From an uncultured Candidatus Saccharibacteria bacterium (GTDB lineage: Bacteria; Patescibacteriota; Minisyncoccia; Phycocordibacterales; DATDWN01), in assembly GCA_964576615.1 (NCBI GenBank), contig CAZNUU010000005.1:1-50484 (forward strand): a stretch of DNA of 50,484 bases, given 5' to 3'. The notes below the pieces were generated by a model. That model did not search any database. It was not told where the DNA came from and saw nothing but the letters and a program-made list of their open reading frames with translations. This document shows positions 16,827-23,530 of this stretch, piece after piece. Each line of letters starts with the position of its first letter. Positions within the stretch are counted from its first letter, which is position 1. Made by a program: the position numbers and the translations under genes.

Positions 16827-17414
16827 CTATTTCATTAGCCCTTCCAAGATTTCCTTGTCGTTTACTTTTAGAAGTAAAACTTTTGGTGCAGAGGGCTTGG
16901 TAGTCATGGGTTCGCCTTTTTTTCTATCAAGAAAATATACCTGGAGTTCGCCAGAACTAGAATTTATTACAAGATTTTCAGGAGTAATCCTATCACCCAC
17001 AAAGAAAGCGTTGGTGGTCCTGAAAATATCTCCTCTATCCAGTGCTGCAACAACGTAGTAAAAGGTTCCAGTACCGCCATTGTCACTTGTAACCAGAAAG
17101 GCGAAGTCGTCTTTTTTGTCATGGTCTAAATCCCCTTTTGCCTCGAATCCTAGATAACGAACTGTCGCCATGGCAGAACCGGATCCAGGCACTAGCTGCA
17201 CTGCAACACCGTCTTGAAGGGTAACCTTGTCGCCTTCAATTCTGAAAGTAGAGTTTCTAAAGTCTGTCTCTGGCAAAGCCTCTACCACCAAAAATGGTTT
17301 GTCACTTTTCAAAACGAAATTAACCACTTTTGGTACCCAAAGATTTCGAGTAACCAAGAGAAAGCAGCCGACAATTATTAAGATTAAAAGAAATATACGA
17401 ATAAATTTAATCAT
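16827..17414 (-). CDS. Hypothetical membrane-anchored exported protein
   Basis: N-terminal TM helix and GDLDHD..DDFAFLV.SDNGGTGTFYY. Confidence 0.7.
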   Translation of the reverse strand: MIKFIRIFLLILIIVGCFLLVTRNLWVPKVVNFVLKSDKPFLVVEALPETDFRNSTFRIEGDKVTLQDGVAVQLVPGSGSAMATVRYLGFEAKGDLDHDKKDDFAFLVTSDNGGTGTFYYVVAALDRGDIFRTTNAFFVGDRITPENLVINSSSGELQVYFLDRKKGEPMTTKPSAPKVLLLKVNDKEILEGLMK

Positions 17415-17977
17415 TTATTTATTTTGTCACTTTTTCCTTTTTGCTTCATATAAATCAGCGTGTCATAACCATGCACTACTCTATCTTTGGTATCTACCCC
17501 CAGCTCGTTTAAAAAGCCAACGATTTCATACTGAACTGTTTGCGCATCACCTTTATCAATTATTTTCTCAACTTCTACAAAGGAGCCGAGATCATCTACC
17601 TTGTCTAGGCAAATTTCATAATTTTCATAACTGGCCCTCACTCTTTTTTTCACTATTTCCACTACTGGTTTATAGCCCATGAGAATAAGCATTTCTCTTA
17701 GCTCAGTCGGGTTTTTTATTTCTGTCTCGTGTTCTATTGCGTCAAACTCGTTTGTATCGGGCTGTTTTAAGGTAAATATAAACTTACCATCCTCATCCCT
17801 AATCCTTAAAATATTCTTACCTCTCTGGAACTCATCATATGGCCCATAATCCCCATCCACAAAAGTGATATCACGCTGAATTACTGGTTTAGAAAATGTG
17901 CACCCTAGATCAGTCAGTCTTTTTATGACTGGATCAAGGTTTGAGACCTTTACTTTTACCTCTACTTCCTTGCGCAT
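17411..17977 (-). CDS. CYTH family (class IV adenylate cyclase-like) protein
   Basis: MRKEVEVKVK (ExExK), LRIR, FTLK, K.R and LG.FVEVE motifs. True start is 17977. Confidence 0.88.
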   Translation of the reverse strand: MRKEVEVKVKVSNLDPVIKRLTDLGCTFSKPVIQRDITFVDGDYGPYDEFQRGKNILRIRDEDGKFIFTLKQPDTNEFDAIEHETEIKNPTELREMLILMGYKPVVEIVKKRVRASYENYEICLDKVDDLGSFVEVEKIIDKGDAQTVQYEIVGFLNELGVDTKDRVVHGYDTLIYMKQKGKSDKINK

Positions 17978-18016
17978 ATGGAAAGAATAGCACAAATGTG
18001 TCATTGTTATTACGTG

Positions 18017-18159
18017 GTCAGGACAGCCTGGCCCCCTAAGAGAACTTCTCCAAGATCGCCAGGAAAATCCAAAGGCTTCCACCTTGGGCGAGTAAACTAA
18101 GTCCAGAGTGTGGTGAGGAGAAACTCCACTGGCAACGCCAACTGGGCTATCGAGCTGAC
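18017..18159 (+). ncRNA. Structured intergenic RNA, possibly 6S-like (strand uncertain)
   Basis: Nested pairings GTCAG/CTGAC, GACAGCC/GGCTATC, TGGC/GCCA, TTCTCC/GGAGAA, CGCC/GGCG and CCAAAGG/CCTTGG give a rod with internal loops; a hairpin follows. Confidence 0.4.
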
Positions 18160-18182
18160 GCCTTATAGAGTGCAGCTCACAA

Positions 18183-18210
18183 AAACCGCGACAAAACACC
18201 GTCGCGGTTT
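18183..18210. terminator. Terminator hairpin
   Basis: AAACCGCGAC/GTCGCGGTTT 10-bp stem. Confidence 0.65.
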
Positions 18211-18258
18211 CTATATATGTCTGCATCTATTTTGTAAATATTCGCGTATAATTGATAG

Positions 18259-19755
18259 ATGCCAATCAACATCAAACAAAAGATCTCATCATTACTGGTC
18301 GCTTTAACAATCATCTTATGCCTCGCCACTGCTGCACCTGTTTTTGCCACAAGCCCATCTGTTTCCATTGGACCTCTCAACCCAGGCAACTCTGTAAATG
18401 TGGGCACAGAAGTTTTTTTTACCGCAACCGCAAATAACTTCAGCGGAGGTGAAACGTACACCGTAAGCGATTCGTTTGGAGGAACAACTGTATCCAATAG
18501 TGATTTCAACAGCTCAGGGGTTTTTGTCTGGATTCCAGTAACCGGCGATGCGGGAACACATAACTTGACCGTGACAGTGACTGATTCACTCGGAGTCAGC
18601 GCTTCAGCATCTGTCCAAATAGTAGTAATTGGACCACCTACTGTCACTATCCAATCGCTTTCCCCGAGTTCATCTGTCACATCTGGCACAAACCTCTCCT
18701 TTTCGGCTGTTACTTCAGGATTTACTAACCCTGTCTTTACCTTAAGCGATTCATTTTTCAATTCTACGGTCTCAAACACTATGATTAATTCTTCGGGATT
18801 TTTTAGTTGGACTCCGAACCAGAGAGATACAGGGAGTCACAACATTAGTGTTTATGTAAACGATTCTTTGGGCCACAATGCATCGGTAACTCAGACAATT
18901 ACGGTGACTTCCAGTGCAAGCCTATCAATACAATCAATATTTCCGAGTACAAGTATAGTTACTGGGCAGAATTTATCATTCACTGTAGTACCCACAGGAT
19001 TAAGCAACCCGACATATACGATAAGCGATTCGTTTGGCGGAAGTAGTATTTCCAGCTCTAACTTAGATTCAGCTGGTAATTTTAATTGGAAACCAGTTTA
19101 TGGGGATTCTGGAACACATACATTCACCATCTCAGCTAGCGATTCATCAAGTAATAGCGCAAGTGTCAGCCTAACAGTCTTGGTTTCGGGAGTTTCCGGA
19201 ACGGCAAGTATTACCGTTTCAACCCCCTCTCCTGGCACATCGGTTAAACAAGGAACTGCAGTTTCATTTTCTACTTATACATATGGCTTCACTAATCCAA
19301 CATTTTCATTGGTTGATTCATTTGGGAGCACAAGCATCGCGAACAGTAATATAAACTCTAATGGTTACTTCAGTTGGATTCCAAAAACCACCGACATCGG
19401 TACACACGTTATTATCGTCGCTGCTAATGACCTCTACGGACACTCAGCAAGCTCTAGTACCCAAATAATAGTCAACAACCAGACGACAAGTACTACCACA
19501 ACTACAACTACAAACACTTCATCCTCCACTATTCACATTTTTGCAATCTATCTCTACCCAGGAATGACCTCAAGTGAAGTGACCGCCCTACAAAAAGTCC
19601 TAACTAAACTAGGTTACTTCTCTGGACCTCAATCAGGTTATTTCGGGCCTATGACCAAAGCCTCGGTAATAAAACTTCAGAAATCTCACGGATTAAATCC
19701 GCTAGGTGTGGTTGGTCCAGCAACACGAGCTCTCTTAAATCAGCTACAGAAATAA
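18259..19755 (+). CDS. Secreted protein with four Ig-like repeats and a C-terminal peptidoglycan-binding domain
   Basis: Signal peptide, 4x about 97-aa S/T-rich repeat (SDSF..S....NS.G.F.W.P...D.GTH), Thr linker and V..LQ..L..LGY...GYFGP.T..V..LQ. Confidence 0.85.
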   Translation: MPINIKQKISSLLVALTIILCLATAAPVFATSPSVSIGPLNPGNSVNVGTEVFFTATANNFSGGETYTVSDSFGGTTVSNSDFNSSGVFVWIPVTGDAGTHNLTVTVTDSLGVSASASVQIVVIGPPTVTIQSLSPSSSVTSGTNLSFSAVTSGFTNPVFTLSDSFFNSTVSNTMINSSGFFSWTPNQRDTGSHNISVYVNDSLGHNASVTQTITVTSSASLSIQSIFPSTSIVTGQNLSFTVVPTGLSNPTYTISDSFGGSSISSSNLDSAGNFNWKPVYGDSGTHTFTISASDSSSNSASVSLTVLVSGVSGTASITVSTPSPGTSVKQGTAVSFSTYTYGFTNPTFSLVDSFGSTSIANSNINSNGYFSWIPKTTDIGTHVIIVAANDLYGHSASSSTQIIVNNQTTSTTTTTTTNTSSSTIHIFAIYLYPGMTSSEVTALQKVLTKLGYFSGPQSGYFGPMTKASVIKLQKSHGLNPLGVVGPATRALLNQLQK

Positions 19756-19761
19756 TGCGAT

Positions 19762-19962
19762 TTAAGCAGCCTCAAATCTAACTCTATTTTCGGTCATCCA
19801 CCTTTCCTGTTCTGATTTCTGCTCCTCTGGGGTTAGTCCTGCTTTACCTTTCATTACATCAGCATGTGTCTGCATATAATGAGGCATAAGTGCTTGCATC
19901 CATTCTTCAAAAGTCTCGCCTTGCGCTGTTACTTCACAGAGATCACATTTAAGTGTTTTCAT
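19762..19962 (-). CDS. Small DUF1059-like metal-binding protein
   Basis: MKTLKCDLC...GETFEEWM....HY...H. Confidence 0.6.
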   Translation of the reverse strand: MKTLKCDLCEVTAQGETFEEWMQALMPHYMQTHADVMKGKAGLTPEEQKSEQERWMTENRVRFEAA

Positions 19963-20005
19963 CTTTGTTTAATTGTTACTAATACTTTAGAGCATTATTA
20001 TAACA

Positions 20006-20308
20006 CTAACCGATTCTCAGTTTTTCTGCTTCTTGGAACATCCTTTCGGCTAATCCATTATCCCTTTCTAGCAGGGCTTGGTCTCGCGCATCTAAAAAAG
20101 CCTCATACGCCTCATATAGCATTCCTGCCTCCTTTAAAATATCAGCTTTTTCTATATTTAAATTCAAATAATCTCTACTGTTTCTGAAAGTTCTCTCCTT
20201 TTCATCCATATACCTAACAAGCGTGCTGACATCTTCCGGATTTCTGCGCAAGGATTCCACTACCAACTCCCTTGTTATTGCTTCTCCGTTAGGAATTCCT
20301 TCGGTCAT
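20006..20308 (-). CDS. Hypothetical helical protein
   Basis: Start MTEG at 20308 with TATACT 6 nt upstream. Confidence 0.6.
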   Translation of the reverse strand: MTEGIPNGEAITRELVVESLRRNPEDVSTLVRYMDEKERTFRNSRDYLNLNIEKADILKEAGMLYEAYEAFLDARDQALLERDNGLAERMFQEAEKLRIG

Positions 20309-20329
20309 ATTATGAGTATAACAAATTAT

Positions 20330-20356
20330 GCGCGAGTGACCGGACGATGTTAGAAC
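20330..20356 (+). repeat. Hybrid att-like site A (tRNA-Asp 3' end plus motif)
   Basis: GCGCGAGTGACCGGAC is identical to 22072-22087 and is fused to GATGTTAGAAC. Confidence 0.8.
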
Positions 20357-20385
20357 AAAGATGAAACAGAATCCGGAATTCGTTT

Positions 20386-20745
20386 TTATTCCAGGTCTCG
20401 AATAATCTCTGTATCGAACCACTGTTCCTGGAAGTGAATCGCCTTGGCAATCTCCTCATCGGTCATTGTCACATCCTTCGGAACAACGATTAGTTTGTCA
20501 TCGTCATTATCCTTGCGATGTGCAATAGCAATACAAACACCCTCTGCCTCATCAAGTGGCTTATCGACGCCCAAATAATAGGCGTCTAAATCTTCACCAT
20601 CGGGTGCTTTTATGCTTTCAATAAAGCCGTAATTAACTTCGTACAAGAAGCCATGTTTGGGATGTTTCGAGCCAAGTGGCCGATCCATTTTTACCTTTAC
20701 GGCTTTACCAAGGAATCCTCGTGCAATTTCAAGCGACTGTGACAT
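20386..20745 (-). CDS. Inorganic pyrophosphatase family (short form)
   Basis: DRPLGSKHP..Y..NYG.I...APDGEDLDAY..DDDKL motifs. Confidence 0.8.
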   Translation of the reverse strand: MSQSLEIARGFLGKAVKVKMDRPLGSKHPKHGFLYEVNYGFIESIKAPDGEDLDAYYLGVDKPLDEAEGVCIAIAHRKDNDDDKLIVVPKDVTMTDEEIAKAIHFQEQWFDTEIIRDLE

Positions 20746-20810
20746 CTCATTATTCTAATAAAATGACCGCCTTTCGGGTAGTCATTTTTGAACCGATCTA
20801 CGGTTATTTT

Positions 20811-20836
20811 GCGCGACTAGTGGATGATGTTAGAAC
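20811..20836 (+). repeat. att-like site B
   Basis: GCGCGACTAGTGGATGATGTTAGAAC, 14 bp from the next stop codon (20850). Confidence 0.7.
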
Positions 20837-20849
20837 AGAGATAATAAAT

Positions 20850-21623
20850 CTAACTACTAATCACATCCTTCTTTGTTTTGGTAAGGTAAATTACTGTGAT
20901 AGCTATCGACAGTAGGAAAATAAAACTTGTAGTGGTGGTACCTAGTCCCAAACCACCGTCGTCATGAGACTGAGAAAGATAATCCCCAATAGAAGCACCG
21001 AGTGGACGAGTTAGTATATAGGCAACCCAGAAAGACCAGACAGGACTTAGATTAATTTTTTTATATGCAAAGTAAACAACCCCAATAGCCACTGCGAAAA
21101 TAATTAATGAAAGTAAGTAACCTAAATTCATAGTTTCTGCAATTAAATCCCCTGCTGCTGTGCCTAAGGCAAAAGTGAAAAGTATTGCTATCCAATAAAA
21201 CACCTCCCTTTTTGTTGTAAAGATAGAATGGATAGAGAGAGTTTTCTCTTTTGCATACCAAATGAAAAAAGTGATTGCTAAAGCAATTGCAAAAATCACA
21301 GTGGTTGTTACAAGGGAGACTCCAAAATTATCTGTGAGATTATCTGTAATGAGTGTGCCCACAACACTAATAAGAACAACAGCAAGCCAGTAGATAGATG
21401 GTATATATTTTCTAGATTTGAATTGAAAGATTAACACGATTATTAGAAAAATTCCCATAACCACAGACGTCCCAGTCAATCCCAGATTAAGATTTGTATT
21501 TAGATAATCGGCAAATGTCTCCCCAACTGTCGTGCACAGTATTTTTATAATCCAGAAATACAGAGTAATTTCTGGAACCTTATTTAACATTTGTTTACTA
21601 AAATCTTTCGTCTCTTGGTTCAT
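20850..21623 (-). CDS. COG4705/DUF347-type repeat membrane protein
   Basis: KVPEITLYFWIIKILCTTVGETFAD..FYWIAILFTFALGTAAGD..YILTRPLGASIGD. Confidence 0.85.
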   Translation of the reverse strand: MNQETKDFSKQMLNKVPEITLYFWIIKILCTTVGETFADYLNTNLNLGLTGTSVVMGIFLIIVLIFQFKSRKYIPSIYWLAVVLISVVGTLITDNLTDNFGVSLVTTTVIFAIALAITFFIWYAKEKTLSIHSIFTTKREVFYWIAILFTFALGTAAGDLIAETMNLGYLLSLIIFAVAIGVVYFAYKKINLSPVWSFWVAYILTRPLGASIGDYLSQSHDDGGLGLGTTTTSFIFLLSIAITVIYLTKTKKDVISS

Positions 21624-21643
21624 GATTAAATTGTAACACGGCC

Positions 21644-21670
21644 GCGCAACCTGGTGGACGATGTTAGAAC
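21644..21670 (+). repeat. att-like site C
   Basis: GCGCAACCTGGTGGACGATGTTAGAAC, same 27-nt length as site A. Confidence 0.7.
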
Positions 21671-21699
21671 TAAGATAATTATTGGAATTAAAAACAACA

Positions 21700-21721
21700 C
21701 CGAGGCACTATTGTGCCTCGG
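21700..21721 (-). terminator. Terminator overlapping small-ORF stop
   Basis: CCGAGGCAC/GTGCCTCGG stem followed by TGTTGTTTTT on the minus strand. Confidence 0.6.
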
Positions 21722-21884
21722 TAGGTAATCGACGAATTCTTGTTGGGTTAACAATTGGATGTTGTTCGACAATCTCTCCCAACTTTTTGTAGTAACAATC
21801 ATCATGAACTTCTTGATTGTCCTGTATGAGCTGAACCGGTTCACCTTCTTTGATTTCTTTTTCGCACAAGGAACAAATTTTCAT
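21708..21884 (-). CDS. 58-aa zinc-finger-like protein (CxxC...HxxC)
   Basis: MKICSLCEKEIKEGEPVQLIQDNQEVHDDCYYKKLGEIVEQHPIVNPTRIRRLPTEAQ, with a GGAGG RBS and its own terminator. Not in the ORF track. Confidence 0.65.
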   Translation of the reverse strand: MKICSLCEKEIKEGEPVQLIQDNQEVHDDCYYKKLGEIVEQHPIVNPTRIRRLPTEAQ

Positions 21885-21916
21885 GTGACCTCCAGATTTA
21901 TATTAACACAAATTTT

Positions 21917-22090
21917 GCGCGAGTGACCGGACTTGTTCCCTACTGGAACAGTACCCCAATTGGATATTTTTGTTCGTGAACTCCAAAAATATCTCAATCG
22001 GGCTTCAAGTCCTGGGGGTGCTCTCGCATAAAGCAAAACTGAGCCAGCCAAAGCTGACTCGGTTTTACTTAGCGCGAGTGACCGGACTTG
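21917..22090 (-). mobile_element. Non-coding mini-element flanked by a 19-bp direct repeat of the tRNA-Asp 3' end
   Basis: GCGCGAGTGACCGGACTTG at 21917-21935 and 22072-22090, with hairpins between. Confidence 0.75.
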
Positions 22091-22146
22091 AACCGGCAAC
22101 CTCTTCCGTGACAGGGAAGCGCTCTAACCAGTTGAGCTACACCCGC
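22073..22146 (-). tRNA. tRNA-Asp(GTC), CCA not encoded
   Basis: GCGGGTG/CACTCGC acceptor, CTTCC-CTGTCAC-GGAAG anticodon arm, G73. Confidence 0.95.
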
Positions 22147-22195
22147 ATAGGGATTAAATTTATCAAAAAAGTTTGCTTTTATCAACGAAATCGTG

Positions 22196-22269
22196 TGTCG
22201 GCGGGAAGAGTCGCACTTCCGACCTTGGGCTTATGAGTCCCACGCTCTAACTGTCTGAGCTACGCCGAC
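22196..22269 (-). tRNA. tRNA-Met(CAT), elongator (or Ile2)
   Basis: GTCGGCG/CGCCGAC acceptor, TGGGA-CTCATAA-GCCCA anticodon arm, T-loop TGCGACT. Confidence 0.85.
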
Positions 22270-22286
22270 AATAGGCAAAATATAAC

Positions 22287-22316
22287 AGAAAAAACTTCCG
22301 TTTGGAAGTTTTTTCT
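22287..22316. terminator. Bidirectional terminator-like hairpin between tRNAs
   Basis: AGAAAAAACTTCC-GTTT-GGAAGTTTTTTCT. Confidence 0.55.
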
Positions 22317-22322
22317 TTCTTG

Positions 22323-22393
22323 TTGCGGAGCCCAGATTTGCACTGAGATCCCAAGGTTATGAGCCTTGTGAGTTACTGTTACTCCACCCCGCT
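22323..22393 (-). tRNA. Initiator-like tRNA-fMet(CAT)
   Basis: 1:72 mismatch (A:A), purine-11:pyrimidine-24 pair, anticodon arm CAAGG-CTCATAA-CCTTG. Confidence 0.85.
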
Positions 22394-22425
22394 ATTAAAC
22401 CTTTCGGTTTGAGATTAAAATACTA

Positions 22426-23364
22426 TCAAATTACTTGAAACTCTTCAAATACTGATTTATATAAGTCCACTACCCTCTTTGCTTCTTTTTGGTCGATTCT
22501 GAAACCGCCACCCTCATGAGCAATTTGGTTTCTTATCTTGTGAGCTTCCCAAGCATTATCAATGGTCTTAAAATCACTTTTTTCTACAGCTTTTAATTTT
22601 TCACCAATTGTCTCACCGGGTAGAAACATCTTATCTAAAAGATTGCTTAAAATTATATCGGCCTCAAGTATAGCCTGTCGCCAATCGTTTTCTTTTGGTG
22701 AATCAATGAATGTTAGAACTCTCTCCCATTGTGGATTTTTTGGTGTTGCCACCGGCTTTGCCTCAATATAAAGCAAAAGTCTCTCTGCAGTACGGAGTTT
22801 AATTAACTCCCGTAAAAGAAGAGTGATCCCGATGACCGCAAGAATGGAAAGAATAATTATTATGAGTCTAATATAACTAACTAGATTAATAATCCAGAGT
22901 AGTATTCTTTCAAATAGACTTGGATTATTTTGAAGATATAAAATTCCGCTCTCTCTTACCCAACCATCCACCCCGGTATCATAATCCACATACCAAAATC
23001 GTAGCTCATCAATATCAACTGGTCCTTGTAAAATTTTGCCCTGTTCGAGAGATTTATGCTCACCGATTTTATTGCCATCTGGAGCATCGTATACATTTAC
23101 ATCATTTTTATTAAAGACTCTTACTCCGATTGGATTATCCAAAGCTGCAATTGGTAAACTATGAGCAAGGTAGACTCCTTCTTTGGTAAACGCTTTCCAG
23201 CCCTGGGAAAATAGTCTATTGTTGTGAACCCCTACCGCAATTGCATTAAGAAGATAAAGCACTAAAAAAACTACCACCAAAACAGAGATAATTTCAGTAA
23301 ACGGATCTTCCCATGCCGAAGATGAAGCTGGTGCCGGCGCAGGTTTTCCTTTGTCATCTGCCAT
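22426..23364 (-). CDS. Membrane protein with SH3-like segment and C-terminal HEPN-like RxxxxH domain
   Basis: TM helix, then WYVDYDTGVDGWV (SH3b-like), TM helix, then AILEAD..L..GETIGEKLK...AWEAHKIRNQIAHE. Confidence 0.65.
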   Translation of the reverse strand: MADDKGKPAPAPASSSAWEDPFTEIISVLVVVFLVLYLLNAIAVGVHNNRLFSQGWKAFTKEGVYLAHSLPIAALDNPIGVRVFNKNDVNVYDAPDGNKIGEHKSLEQGKILQGPVDIDELRFWYVDYDTGVDGWVRESGILYLQNNPSLFERILLWIINLVSYIRLIIIILSILAVIGITLLLRELIKLRTAERLLLYIEAKPVATPKNPQWERVLTFIDSPKENDWRQAILEADIILSNLLDKMFLPGETIGEKLKAVEKSDFKTIDNAWEAHKIRNQIAHEGGGFRIDQKEAKRVVDLYKSVFEEFQVI

Positions 23365-23373
23365 GGTCGATTT

Positions 23374-23505
23374 TTAATGAGTAGAGCGATTATAAAAATC
23401 CCCACCCAGCACCACTTTATTAATAATATAATCTTTCATATTTATACTGGACTCTCACCAAAAATATTATACCTTTTTGTTCTAATCAATAAAGTGGTGC
23501 TGGGT
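23374..23505. repeat. Intergenic element: conserved head plus 18-bp inverted repeat (copy 2)
   Basis: TTAATGAGTAGAGCGATTATAAAAATC (25/27 identical to copy 1), with perfect arms at 23404-23421 and 23488-23505. Confidence 0.75.
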
Positions 23506-23530
23506 AAAGAAAGTTATAGTCACAAGCTCC

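Noticed and set aside
17978-18226. N-terminal extension of the CYTH ORF
   Set aside because: Reads through the structured RNA; the ExExK motif and -10 box place the start at 17977.
20330-21935. Repeats as a CRISPR array
   Set aside because: Spacing is 270-830 bp with whole genes between the repeats, and there are no cas genes.
22709-22720. ATGTTAGAACT match to the cassette-site right half
   Set aside because: Lies mid-CDS (WERVLTF), with no left-half similarity or gene boundary; likely chance.
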